From the NCBI GenBank assembly GCA_043825735.1, contig JBDRRP010000004.1, positions 62,001 through 111,471 of the forward strand: a DNA stretch of 49,471 nt, in the 5' to 3' direction. Every line of letters begins with the position of its first letter. Within the stretch, counting starts at the first letter, position 1. The translations under genes and the position numbers were made by a program. The notes under the pieces were generated by a model. That model did not search any database. It saw only the letters and a list, made by a program, of their open reading frames with translations, and had not been told where the DNA came from. Shown one piece after another: positions 19,094 to 29,786 of this stretch. This DNA comes from Pseudomonadota bacterium (GTDB lineage: Bacteria > Desulfobacterota > Desulfobacteria > Desulfobacterales > JBDRRP01).

Positions 19094-21718
19094 CTACATG
19101 GCCCCGATCACCGCTGCCGCGGTGGCCAGCGCGGCGTCCAGATCTTCGGGCCGGGTGCCGCCGGCCTGGGCCAGATCGGGCCGGCCGCCACCCGAGCCTC
19201 CGACCATCTCGGCGATGGGCTTGATGATGGCGCCGGCCTTGTAGCGGCCGGTAAGGTCCTTGGTGACGCCCACGATGATCAGCGCCTTGCCTGCGGCGGC
19301 CGCCCCCAGAACGACGATGCCGCTGCCGAGCTTGTCCTTGAACCGGTCGGCGGCATCACGCAGCGCGGCGGGGCTGTCCACGTCGATACGCTGTACCATC
19401 ACCTTGACATCGCCCACGGTGGTGATCTCGGCGGCGGCGCCCTCGGCACTGCGGGTGGTCAGCTGGGCCTTGAGCTGTGCGATCTGCTTCTCCCCGGCCT
19501 TGACGTCCGCCAGGAGTTTCTCGATCCGCTGAACCAACGCTTCGGGTTTGTCCTTCAAAAGCCGCGCTCCCTGCTGGAGGGTGGCCGCCTGCGCCTGCAC
19601 CGCGGCCACGGCCGCCGCGCCGGTGACCGCTTCGATGCGCCGCACCCCGGCGGCCACGCTGGCCTCGCTGACGATCTTGAAAAGGCCGATGTCTCCGGTG
19701 CGCCCCGTATGGGTGCCGCCGCACAGCTCCTTGCTGAAATCGGACAGACTCACCACCCGGACCCGATCGCCGTATTTTTCCTCGAACAGCGCCGTGGCAC
19801 CGGATTTAAAGGCGGTGTCGGCGTCCATCTCCTCGGTGTGGGTGTCCACGTTTTTGCGGATGTGGTCGTTGACGTATACCTCGATGGCGGCGATCTCTTC
19901 GGCCGTGACTTGGGAAAAATGCGAAAAATCAAATCGCAGCCGATCCGGCGATACCAGGGAGCCGGCCTGCTTGACGTGGTCGCCGAGCACCTTCCGCAGG
20001 GCGGCCTGCAGGATGTGGGTGGCCGTGTGGTTGAGGGCCGTGGCGCTGCGGGCCGCCATGTCCACCTGAAGCGTGACGGCATCGCCCTTCTTGATCAGGC
20101 CCGAGGTCACCCGGCCCTTGTGGATGATCAGCCCGGTGGGATCCTTGGCGGTGTCCAGAACTTCGATTTCCGCGCCGTCGGTCGTGATCGTGCCGCGGTC
20201 GCCCACCTGGCCGCCGGATTCGCCGTAAAAGGGGGTCCGGTCGGTGACGATCTCAACCGCGCTGCCGGTCCCGGCCGCATCCACGGCCTCGGCGTCTTTT
20301 ATGATGAGCACCACGGTGGCCTCGTCGCCAAGCTGCGTGTAGCCGGTAAAGGCCGTGGTGGTCCCAGCGCTGGTGAGCGTCTTCAGGGCCTCACCCACAC
20401 CGGCGTAAGTGGTTTTGGATCGGGATCGCTCCCGCTGCCGGTCCATGCGCGCGGTAAAGCCCTCCATGTCGAGCTCGAGCCCTTCATCGCGCACCACGTC
20501 CCGGACGATGTCCACGGGAAATCCGAAGGTGTCGTAAAGCTTGAAGATGAGCTCGCCGGGGACCTTATCGCCCTTGGCCCGGATTTCGGCCAGGTTCTCG
20601 CTCAGCACCTTGAGCCCGTGGTCCAGGGTTTCTGAAAAGCGCAGTTCCTCGTTTTCGATGACATTGGTGATGAAGGCCGCGTTGTCGGTGAGATCCGGGT
20701 AGGCCGGCTTCATGATGTCGAAAACGACGCTGGCGGTCTGGTGCAAAAACGGCTTCATCAGACCGATGTTGCGTCCGTAGCGGATGGCCCGGCGCATGAT
20801 GCGCCGCAGCACGTAGCCCCGGCCCTCGTTGGAGGGCAGCACGCCGTCGCCGATGAGAAATGCCGCCGCGCGGCTGTGGTCGGCGATGACCTTCATGGCC
20901 ACCGCCACCTCACGGGACTCGCCCATGGCCCGGCCGCTGAGCGCCTCGGTGCGCTGCATGATGGGCATCAACAGATCGGTGTCGTAGTTGCTGGGTGCGT
21001 TTTGAACGACCGAGGCCATCCGCTCCAGCCCCATACCGGTGTCGATACTGGGTTTTGGCAGCGGGGTCATCTTTCCGGTCTCGTCGCGGTTGAACTGCAT
21101 GAAGACCAGGTTCCAGATTTCCAGGAACCGGTCGCAGTCGCAGGCGACCCCGCAGTTGGGATCGCCAAATTCGCAGGCGCCGCCCCGGTCGATGTGGATC
21201 TCGCTGCAGGGACCGCAGGGGCCCGTGTCCCCCATGGCCCAGAAGTTGTCCTTTTCCCCCAGACGCACGATACGCGACTCGGGCACGCCGATCTGCTTGT
21301 TCCAGATCTCGAAGGCCTCGTCGTCGTCCAGAAAGATGGACACCCTCAGCTTGTCGGCCGGCCGGCCGTAGCCGTTGACGAGCAGATCCCAGCCAAAATC
21401 GATGGCCTTTTCCTTGAAATACTCGCCGAAGCTGAAATTGCCGAGCATCTCGAAAAACGTATGATGGCGCGCGGTGTAACCCACGTTTTCCAGATCGTTG
21501 TGCTTTCCACCGGCGCGCACGCACTTCTGGGAGGTAGCGGCCATGGAGTAGCCGCGTTTTTCTTCGCCCAGAAACAGACGCTTGAACTGCACCATGCCCG
21601 CATTGGTGAACAGCAGAGTGGGATCATCGGCCGGCACGAGCGAGGAGCTGCGCACAACCTGATGGTGGTGTTTTTCAAAATAGTCCAGAAAGGTTTTCCT
21701 GACATCGTTACCGGTCAT
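19094..21718 (-). CDS. alaS: Alanine--tRNA ligase
   Basis: DPTLLFTNAGMVQFK, HHTFFEMLGNFSF, GPCGPCSEI, NHTATH, ELCGGTH, GGGRP. Confidence 0.99.
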   Translation of the reverse strand: MTGNDVRKTFLDYFEKHHHQVVRSSSLVPADDPTLLFTNAGMVQFKRLFLGEEKRGYSMAATSQKCVRAGGKHNDLENVGYTARHHTFFEMLGNFSFGEYFKEKAIDFGWDLLVNGYGRPADKLRVSIFLDDDEAFEIWNKQIGVPESRIVRLGEKDNFWAMGDTGPCGPCSEIHIDRGGACEFGDPNCGVACDCDRFLEIWNLVFMQFNRDETGKMTPLPKPSIDTGMGLERMASVVQNAPSNYDTDLLMPIMQRTEALSGRAMGESREVAVAMKVIADHSRAAAFLIGDGVLPSNEGRGYVLRRIMRRAIRYGRNIGLMKPFLHQTASVVFDIMKPAYPDLTDNAAFITNVIENEELRFSETLDHGLKVLSENLAEIRAKGDKVPGELIFKLYDTFGFPVDIVRDVVRDEGLELDMEGFTARMDRQRERSRSKTTYAGVGEALKTLTSAGTTTAFTGYTQLGDEATVVLIIKDAEAVDAAGTGSAVEIVTDRTPFYGESGGQVGDRGTITTDGAEIEVLDTAKDPTGLIIHKGRVTSGLIKKGDAVTLQVDMAARSATALNHTATHILQAALRKVLGDHVKQAGSLVSPDRLRFDFSHFSQVTAEEIAAIEVYVNDHIRKNVDTHTEEMDADTAFKSGATALFEEKYGDRVRVVSLSDFSKELCGGTHTGRTGDIGLFKIVSEASVAAGVRRIEAVTGAAAVAAVQAQAATLQQGARLLKDKPEALVQRIEKLLADVKAGEKQIAQLKAQLTTRSAEGAAAEITTVGDVKVMVQRIDVDSPAALRDAADRFKDKLGSGIVVLGAAAAGKALIIVGVTKDLTGRYKAGAIIKPIAEMVGGSGGGRPDLAQAGGTRPEDLDAALATAAAVIGAM

Positions 21719-21756
21719 GATGGCCTCCAGATTAACCGATTATGGACGGACACTGG

Positions 21757-22791
<1,035 letters not shown>

Positions 22792-22922
22792 CTGCCTTTT
22801 CCTCCACTGGCGTCCGCCGATGGCGGCCGCCATCGGCATTTTGCCGTCATGCGTTATTTTTTGCCTTCCTTAGGCAGGCAGCGCCGCCCGCCGCAATCGG
22901 TCCGCGGCCGCGTCGGCCGCAC

Positions 22923-23525
22923 TCAAGAATGACAGCCGGGCGCGCGGGATCCCCACTCGTCGCCCCCCGTCAAGGGAACTGCCGCCAGAGGGGTATAGAC
23001 CGCTCCGGAAGGCTTTAATTCACTTTGAAACAGGATCACCCTGCCGGCGCTGAACGGGACCGCATCGGCGTCAGCCGCCGACAGCAGCGTGTCGGCAAGC
23101 TGCCGTGGGTCGCATTTTGCCGTGAACCGCCCCAGGGTCAGGTGCGCCTTGAAAGGGCGACGCTCAGCGGCAAACCCGAGCCCCGTCAGTGCGTCGTCCA
23201 GTTGCCGGGCGAAAACGATGAGCGGGGCCGTCTCGCCGCGGATCCCCATCCATAACACCCGGGGCCGTTTGACCGAGGGAAATACCCCCAGACCGCCGGC
23301 GGCCAGCCGGAACGCTCCTGCGGCAGCCGCAACACCGGCCAACGCCTTGCCCACGGGCGCCACCCGGTCGGCGTCCATGTCCCCCAAAAACTTGAGGGTG
23401 AGGTGAATCTTCTCCGGTGCCACCCAGCGAACCGCCCCCCTGATCTTGGAGCACCGTGTCCGCATGTCGGTGGCCGCCCGAACCACTTCGGGAGGCATCG
23501 GCACCGCAATAAAGGCACGAATCAT
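22923..23525 (-). CDS. thpR: RNA 2',3'-cyclic phosphodiesterase (2H family)
   Basis: RAFIA, two HLTL motifs, SELKPSGAVY; usual position upstream of recA. Confidence 0.92.
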   Translation of the reverse strand: MIRAFIAVPMPPEVVRAATDMRTRCSKIRGAVRWVAPEKIHLTLKFLGDMDADRVAPVGKALAGVAAAAGAFRLAAGGLGVFPSVKRPRVLWMGIRGETAPLIVFARQLDDALTGLGFAAERRPFKAHLTLGRFTAKCDPRQLADTLLSAADADAVPFSAGRVILFQSELKPSGAVYTPLAAVPLTGGDEWGSRAPGCHS

Positions 23526-23563
23526 CGCCACCCCAAAACCGCTTTTCACGCGCCGGCCGCCAG

Positions 23564-24736
23564 CTACCGCGACGGCAGGGTGAACTGGGGTTCTCCCAGC
23601 AGGAATTTTCCGGTGCTGATCTGTTTTTTGAGAATGTCGGCGATCTCCCGGGCCCTGACGATACTGGACAAAGGCACCGTGGGCACCTTCTCCCCCCGGA
23701 AAGAGATGGCGCCGCTTTTCAACTCGGCGTAGCTCACCTGAGCGAGGCTCTTGGCATTGCCGCTGGGGTAGTCCTTGCCGTAATCGATGACCTGGGTGAA
23801 AATGTCCTCATCGGAAACGCCCGTATAGGCCGCCATCTCTTCGTCCAGAATGGGGATGGGCACGCCCAGGCCGACAATGAGAGAGCAGCCATAGCCCTGA
23901 AGGCTCGCCCCCACCAGCCACTTGGAGTTCATGGTCTTTAAATCCCCCATCACCCACAGGGTGCCGGCGGGCGTCAGGGGCACCCCCTTTGGGGTGCGCG
24001 CCACAGCAGGTTTGTGCTGGGTCCCCGACCAGGTCACGTACCCGGTGCCGCCGCCCAGAAACACCCGGGTGCCCAAGCCGATAGTCCGGTAGAAGGGATC
24101 ATTCATCAGCGGACTCAACTGGCCGGCGCAGCAGTAATTGGCGTTGCCCGCCTTGGGCTTGAGCGCGCCCATGTATGTGTAGACCGTTCGATCGGACAGA
24201 TTCACCGCGCAGTTGTAGTTCTGATAACCGTTGCGGGGGTTGCAGAGTACGGCGTTGGGGATGTCCTTGAGAGTAAAAGTCTTTTCCGCGTACGTGCTCG
24301 GATAGCAGTCGGTACCGTAGGCCTCGGCCTTGAGATGGACTTTCTGGCCGGCGACCAGGTCCTGGATCACGTGACCGCCGCCATACCGGAATTCTCCGGG
24401 ATGGACCTTGTTCAAGGGATCGTCGCTGCGGGGTTCAGTGGCGCCCACGTAACAGTCCACCGCAGCGACCCCGCCGTAGGCGGGCACATCGTTGAGCCAT
24501 ACCTTGGAAGCCTTGATTGCCGGCTGGGTGTGCCCGAAATTGATGAAGGCCCCGGAAGAACACATGGGGGCGAAGGTCCCGGTGGTGACCACGTCCACTC
24601 GGCGGGCAGCTTCAACAGGCCCGTCGGCCGCGACGATATCGATCATCTCCTCGGCGGTGACCACTACCACGTCACCGGATTTGATCTTGTCGTTGATTTC
24701 CTGGTAGGTCTTGACAACTTTATGCTTTTTTCCCAT
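23564..24736 (-). CDS. Homocysteine biosynthesis protein (DUF39, aspartate-semialdehyde sulfurtransferase family)
   Basis: EIN.KI..G..VVVTAEE, VDVVTTGTF.PMCSSGA, YGGGHVI, NPRN.YQNY, GQLSPL.NDP, VSYAELKSG; no CBS tail. Confidence 0.88.
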   Translation of the reverse strand: MGKKHKVVKTYQEINDKIKSGDVVVVTAEEMIDIVAADGPVEAARRVDVVTTGTFAPMCSSGAFINFGHTQPAIKASKVWLNDVPAYGGVAAVDCYVGATEPRSDDPLNKVHPGEFRYGGGHVIQDLVAGQKVHLKAEAYGTDCYPSTYAEKTFTLKDIPNAVLCNPRNGYQNYNCAVNLSDRTVYTYMGALKPKAGNANYCCAGQLSPLMNDPFYRTIGLGTRVFLGGGTGYVTWSGTQHKPAVARTPKGVPLTPAGTLWVMGDLKTMNSKWLVGASLQGYGCSLIVGLGVPIPILDEEMAAYTGVSDEDIFTQVIDYGKDYPSGNAKSLAQVSYAELKSGAISFRGEKVPTVPLSSIVRAREIADILKKQISTGKFLLGEPQFTLPSR

Positions 24737-24821
24737 GAGCGTCATCCTGTGAGCCATCTACCGGCCGTCAATCGCCGGCCGTAATCATTACTGAAGTCAT
24801 TTTAAAATTTTGAGATAACTT

Positions 24822-26195
24822 CTAGTTTGCTGCCGGCGCCAACTTGTCGGCGATGTTGCTGGCGATCCAGTTTTCGTCCCACCACTCCAGCGGATTGACG
24901 AAAGTCTGGTGAACCAGCATGCTGAAATGCAGGTGGTCGCCACCGGCAAGCCCCGTGGTCCCGGTGCGCCCGAGCACGGTGCCCTTTTCCACATCCTGCC
25001 CCTTCTCAACGCTGATCTCGCTCATATGGCTGTAAAGACTGAACAGGCCGTAGCCGTGATCGACGATGACCGTCTTACCATAAATTCCAATGCTGTCGGT
25101 GAAAATGATGCGCCCGGCATTGGCCGCCGGAACCGGGGAATGCGCCAGGGATGCCAGATCGATGCCCAGGTGGGTCTGCTGGTCCACTTCCCGCCCATCG
25201 TAGCGGTAGGTGCGCCGGTCTCCGAAGGTGGCCTGTGTAGCGGCGGCGGGCATCCTCAGAAAAGCGCCCTGCCATCGTTTGTCGGCCAGGCTGTTGACGG
25301 TGGTGGCAACGATCTGCGCATAGTTTTCCTTGCGCAGATCGCGGTTGACTTCCAAAAACTGCGCCAGCAGATCCGACCCGCCATCAATAGCTTGCCGCGA
25401 ATAGAAATCGGGCATCTTCCAGCTGAGAAACCGCTTGGACAGGTTGATGGTGTCATTTTTGAAACGGGTCCGGCGGATGTGGTTCGGAAACCCGGCGCGC
25501 GCGGCATTACCCGCGGCGTCGGTGGCCTCCACGGCCAGGACTACCGATGTGGGCTGATCATGGCCGACGGCGAAATACGCCAGGTGGTCGCCGTTGGGGG
25601 CCGCTTTCCCGGGGTAAAACCGATCGGCCACGCTGACCCCGCTGACCGGGCAGTTTTCGGACAGACGGTAGCGCACTACGCCGCTGCCCCCCTGAGCCAC
25701 GTTGTGAACGCGGCTGAGCACCGTGATTTCCGGAGGCCGGGTGTCGATGAGCACCGTTTTTTCCAGATAGGTGTGGTTGCCCTTGCCCCAGTTGCGCCAG
25801 GAGTAATCCCAGACGGCCACCCGCAGCAGGGCCTCGCCGTCGCCAAAGCCCAGATCGCCTGGCCGGATCGTCACTTCAAAGGGCAGCTGTCGCACGTCAC
25901 CGGCACGCCAGAAAACGCTGCCGGGAAAGTCGCGCTCAAAGACCAGTTTTTCCCTGCCGTCCTTGACCAGGCCGACCCAGATGCGTCGAATGCCGCTGAT
26001 AGAATCGACGGCAACGCCGCTGATGGCGCGCTCGGCGCCGATGGCCGTAGAAAAGGCATCCAGCCGCAGTTCGGGTTTCCCTCCCTCCAGACGTTTGGCC
26101 GCCACAATAAGCAGCGGCGCCAGCGCCACTGCCAGAACGATGATCAGCACCCGCGCGCGAATGGGCTTTCGCGGAGTGCCGTTTTGATTCCCCAT
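24822..26195 (-). CDS. M23 family metallopeptidase with an N-terminal membrane anchor
   Basis: HLGIDLAS (HxxxD), YGKTVIVDHG, YSHMS, GDHLHF (HxH). Confidence 0.92.
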   Translation of the reverse strand: MGNQNGTPRKPIRARVLIIVLAVALAPLLIVAAKRLEGGKPELRLDAFSTAIGAERAISGVAVDSISGIRRIWVGLVKDGREKLVFERDFPGSVFWRAGDVRQLPFEVTIRPGDLGFGDGEALLRVAVWDYSWRNWGKGNHTYLEKTVLIDTRPPEITVLSRVHNVAQGGSGVVRYRLSENCPVSGVSVADRFYPGKAAPNGDHLAYFAVGHDQPTSVVLAVEATDAAGNAARAGFPNHIRRTRFKNDTINLSKRFLSWKMPDFYSRQAIDGGSDLLAQFLEVNRDLRKENYAQIVATTVNSLADKRWQGAFLRMPAAATQATFGDRRTYRYDGREVDQQTHLGIDLASLAHSPVPAANAGRIIFTDSIGIYGKTVIVDHGYGLFSLYSHMSEISVEKGQDVEKGTVLGRTGTTGLAGGDHLHFSMLVHQTFVNPLEWWDENWIASNIADKLAPAAN

Positions 26196-26519
26196 TTGCT
26201 CTAAACCCCTTGAAAATTCAGTATTAAACGGTGACCATACCAGCATGCCCCCGGCTTATCAAGCGTGTTTTTGTCACCTTGACTTTTACCCGACCCCGGG
26301 ATACACCACCGTTGCCCGCGGCCCCATGCCCCCCCGAAGTAGAAGGGCTGACAGCCCGAGGAGAGGTACGCCGGGGCAGACAATACCACCGGCCGGCGCC
26401 GTGATTGCCAAGCACCGCTCAGACTTCACCGAATAATTTGCGACGAACCGTGCGGCCGGTGTATCCTGACAACCGGCCGTCGCAATTTTTAAAGTGTCCG
26501 TCCACAGAAGGATCCCGAC

Positions 26520-27365
26520 ATGACACGCCCTGTCAACGCGACCCAGATTCCAACCGGCCCCGGCGCTCCGCTGCTGGTCATCGCCGGTCCGTGTGTGATC
26601 GAAAACGAAGACATCCCGCACCAGGTGGCCGCAGCTCTCAAGGCGCTTTCCGACACCCTTGGATTCACGCTGGTGTTCAAGGCCTCCTATGACAAGGCCA
26701 ATCGCACCGCCATCACCTCTTTCAGGGGACCGGGGATCACCGACGGCCTGCGCATCCTCGCATCCATACGAGACACTTACGGGATCCCCATTCTCTCCGA
26801 CGTCCACTCGGTGGCCGACGTGGCGCAGGCCGCAGCGGTGCTCGACGTCATCCAGATCCCGGCTTTTCTCTGCCGCCAGACGGACCTTCTGGTGGCGGCA
26901 GCCCATACCGGAAAGACGGTCAACGTTAAAAAAGGGCAGTTTTTGGCCCCTTGGGACATGAAAAACGTGGTCGACAAACTGACCAATGCCGGCTGTCGCA
27001 GCATCTGGATTACCGAACGGGGGGCCTCTTTCGGCTACAATAACCTGGTGGTGGATTTCCGGGGGATTCCCGCCATGCAGGCCACCGGGCATCCAGTCAT
27101 CTTCGACGCCACCCACAGCGTGCAGCTGCCCGGTGGCGGCGGCGACCGCTCCGGCGGTGACCGGGCATACGCCCCGCTGCTGGCTAAGGCCGCCGTGGCC
27201 GCGGGCGTGGACGGCGTCTTCATGGAAGTCCACCCGGATCCGGACAATGCCCTGTGCGACGGTCCCAATTCCTTGCCCCTTGAATGGCTCGAAGACCTTC
27301 TGACCACCCTGCTGCGTGTGAGGCAGGCCGTCGATCCGCCGGCGCAAGCACCGGTGACCTCATGA
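26520..27365 (+). CDS. kdsA: KDO-8-phosphate synthase
   Basis: IAGPCVIE, KASYDKANRT, QIPAFLCRQTD, KKGQF, ERG..FGY, DATHSVQ, CDG. Confidence 0.97.
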   Translation: MTRPVNATQIPTGPGAPLLVIAGPCVIENEDIPHQVAAALKALSDTLGFTLVFKASYDKANRTAITSFRGPGITDGLRILASIRDTYGIPILSDVHSVADVAQAAAVLDVIQIPAFLCRQTDLLVAAAHTGKTVNVKKGQFLAPWDMKNVVDKLTNAGCRSIWITERGASFGYNNLVVDFRGIPAMQATGHPVIFDATHSVQLPGGGGDRSGGDRAYAPLLAKAAVAAGVDGVFMEVHPDPDNALCDGPNSLPLEWLEDLLTTLLRVRQAVDPPAQAPVTS

Positions 27366-27886
27366 GCACGCTCACGGACAAGCTGGCCGCTGTCCGACTG
27401 GTGCTGCTGGACGTGGACGGGGTGCTCACCGAAGGGCGCATCGTCTATTCGGACAGCGGCGAGGAGATCAAGAGCTTCAGCGTGCGAGACGGTTACGGCA
27501 TCCGGCTGATGCTGAACGCCGGCATTCAGGTGGGTATCATCACTGGTCGCCGGTCGGCGGCCCTCCGGCATCGCTGCCGTGATCTGGGCATCGAGATGGT
27601 TCACGAAGGCGCCCGCCAAAAGGCGCCCCTGCTGGCGACCATCATGGCGGACACCGGCCAGGCGGCCACAGCCATTGCATTTGTGGGAGACGACCTGCCG
27701 GATCTGCCCATCATGACCCGGGTGGGCTGCGCCGTGGCCGTTGCCGACGCCCATGAAGAACTCAGGGGCCGGGCCGATATGGTCACCGCCGCACCAGGAG
27801 GGCGGGGGGCCGTGAGGGAACTGGCCGAAGCGCTGCTCAAGGCCCAGGGCAAATGGGACGCCCTCCTATCTTCTCTGATGGAGTGA
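27362..27886 (+). CDS. kdsC: KDO-8-phosphate phosphatase
   Basis: LDVDGVLTEG, RDGYG, GDDLPD, GGRGAVRE; ATG overlaps the kdsA stop. Confidence 0.93.
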   Translation: MSTLTDKLAAVRLVLLDVDGVLTEGRIVYSDSGEEIKSFSVRDGYGIRLMLNAGIQVGIITGRRSAALRHRCRDLGIEMVHEGARQKAPLLATIMADTGQAATAIAFVGDDLPDLPIMTRVGCAVAVADAHEELRGRADMVTAAPGGRGAVRELAEALLKAQGKWDALLSSLME

Positions 27887-27889
27887 GCC

Positions 27890-28465
27890 ATGGTGTCCGG
27901 TAGACGCACAGGCATCATCAAGGGGGTGCTGGCGGCCGTCGTCGTCCTCACCGTGCTGGGTGTGGGCAGCATATTTTACCGGGTGCGTAACGCAACCGAT
28001 ATGCCCGCTCAACTGCTCTCGGCGATCCCTGAAAATACTGAGGTCACCCTGACCAACATCGAGCATACGGCCACCAGCGACGGCAGAACCCAGTGGCGTC
28101 TCACTGCGGAAAAAGCGCTTCTGACCGATGGCAAACAACAGTTGCTGCTGACCCGTCCATCAGTGGTATTTTTCACGGAAGACGGCCGCGAAATCACGAT
28201 GACCGGGGAGCGGGGCACTCTGGTGACGCAAAGCAACGACATTGCAGTGGAAGGCCACGTTGTGGTAAGCAACCGGGACTATCGGCTGGTCACCGAGGCC
28301 CTGCGTTACAGCCACGGCGACCGGGTGCTGACGAGCGATCTCCCGGTGTCCATCGAAGGCCGGTGGGTATCGTTGACAGCGCAGTCCATGCGCGTGGACC
28401 TGAACGCCAGCACCGCCGTTTTTGAAGGAACCGTGAAAGGATGGTTGGCGCGTGACATTTCCTAA
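27890..28465 (+). CDS. lptC: LPS export protein LptC
   Basis: N-terminal TM helix, W.L.AEKA, L.TE.L.Y jellyroll pattern; operon position. Confidence 0.88.
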   Translation: MVSGRRTGIIKGVLAAVVVLTVLGVGSIFYRVRNATDMPAQLLSAIPENTEVTLTNIEHTATSDGRTQWRLTAEKALLTDGKQQLLLTRPSVVFFTEDGREITMTGERGTLVTQSNDIAVEGHVVVSNRDYRLVTEALRYSHGDRVLTSDLPVSIEGRWVSLTAQSMRVDLNASTAVFEGTVKGWLARDIS

Positions 28466-29066
28466 GCGAGAGCCCCGCACCCTGCTTCGGCACTGCACCC
28501 TCTGGGGTGTTGTGCTCTTGCTGGTGTTGTCCGCCCTCAAGGTCCGGGCCGCGCCAGAAACCGGCGCCCCTGCCGCCAGCGAGCAGATTCAGATCAGCGC
28601 CGACCACCTGGAGGTCAACAACACCGACCAGAGCGCTGCGTTCAGCGGCAACGTTACCGCCGTGCAGGGCGCCACCCGCATCAGCGCCGACCGGCTGACG
28701 GTTTTCTACGAGGCAACGGATACCGACACCTTCGAAAAGCCCGGTCAAACAGGCGCCATTCGCCGCATCGTGAGCGAAGGCAACGTCATCATCCACTTCG
28801 ACGACAAGGTTGCGGTGACCCAGAAGGCGATTTACAATAAGAGCACTGGTATTTTGGAACTCATCGGGGAAGGCACCCGCGTCACCAGCGGCCAGAACAC
28901 TATCACCGGCAAACGAATCACCGTTGACCGGGCGCGGGACAACATCACCGTGGAAGGCGACGGCAGCAAACGTGTTGAGGCCGTTATCTTCCCGGCCCAG
29001 GCAGACGGCGGCGGACTGCTGCCCCCGGCCCCGCCTGCCGGCACTGCAGGGCAGCCTGCGCCATGA
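28452..29066 (+). CDS. lptA: LPS transport periplasmic protein LptA
   Basis: IQISAD.LE, FSGNV.A.QG..I.AD.L, I.G.RI; operon position. Confidence 0.88.
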   Translation: MTFPKREPRTLLRHCTLWGVVLLLVLSALKVRAAPETGAPAASEQIQISADHLEVNNTDQSAAFSGNVTAVQGATRISADRLTVFYEATDTDTFEKPGQTGAIRRIVSEGNVIIHFDDKVAVTQKAIYNKSTGILELIGEGTRVTSGQNTITGKRITVDRARDNITVEGDGSKRVEAVIFPAQADGGGLLPPAPPAGTAGQPAP

Positions 29067-29785
29067 CCTCTCTCGCCCTTGAAAATCTGGTGAAGGTCTA
29101 CGGTGGGCGGCCGGTGGTCCAGTCGGTGAGCCTGACCCTCAGCGGTGGTGATGTGGTGGGGCTCCTGGGGCCCAACGGTGCTGGCAAGACCACGACCTTT
29201 TACATGATCGTGGGCATGATCCGGCCCGATGGCGGCCGGGTGCTTCTAAACGGTGTCGATGTCAGCGGCGACCCCATGTACCTCAGGGCGCGGCGCGGCA
29301 TCGGTTATCTGCCCCAGGAGACGTCCATTTTCAGGAAACTGACGGTGCGCCAGAACGTTTTGGCCATCCTGGAGTCCCTGCCGGATCGTAGCGGCGATCT
29401 GAGCGCCAAGGCCGATGCGTTGCTCGATGAACTGGGTATCCGGCACCTGGCAGAGAGCCGGGCGGCCGTGCTTTCCGGCGGGGAGAAACGGCGGCTGGAG
29501 ATCAGCCGGGCACTGGCAACAACGCCGGCCTTCATTCTTCTGGACGAGCCCTTCGCGGGTGTTGATCCTCTGGCCGTGATTGATATAAAGAAGATCATCG
29601 GACACCTTAAGGAACGGGGCATCGGCATTCTGATATCCGATCACAACGTCCGTGAAACGCTGGGCGCCTGCGATAAGGCTTATATCCTTAACGACGGCGT
29701 CATCATCGAATCGGGCTCGGCCGAAGTGATCGCAGGCAGCAAGGTAGCGCGGGAGTTTTATCTGGGAGAGGAGTTCAGGCTCTGA
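29063..29785 (+). CDS. lptB: LPS export ABC ATPase LptB
   Basis: GPNGAGKTT, YLPQE.SIFRKLTV, LSGGE.RRLEI, LDEPFAGVDP, DHNVRETL. Confidence 0.97.
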   Translation: MTSLALENLVKVYGGRPVVQSVSLTLSGGDVVGLLGPNGAGKTTTFYMIVGMIRPDGGRVLLNGVDVSGDPMYLRARRGIGYLPQETSIFRKLTVRQNVLAILESLPDRSGDLSAKADALLDELGIRHLAESRAAVLSGGEKRRLEISRALATTPAFILLDEPFAGVDPLAVIDIKKIIGHLKERGIGILISDHNVRETLGACDKAYILNDGVIIESGSAEVIAGSKVAREFYLGEEFRL

Positions 29786-29786
29786 C

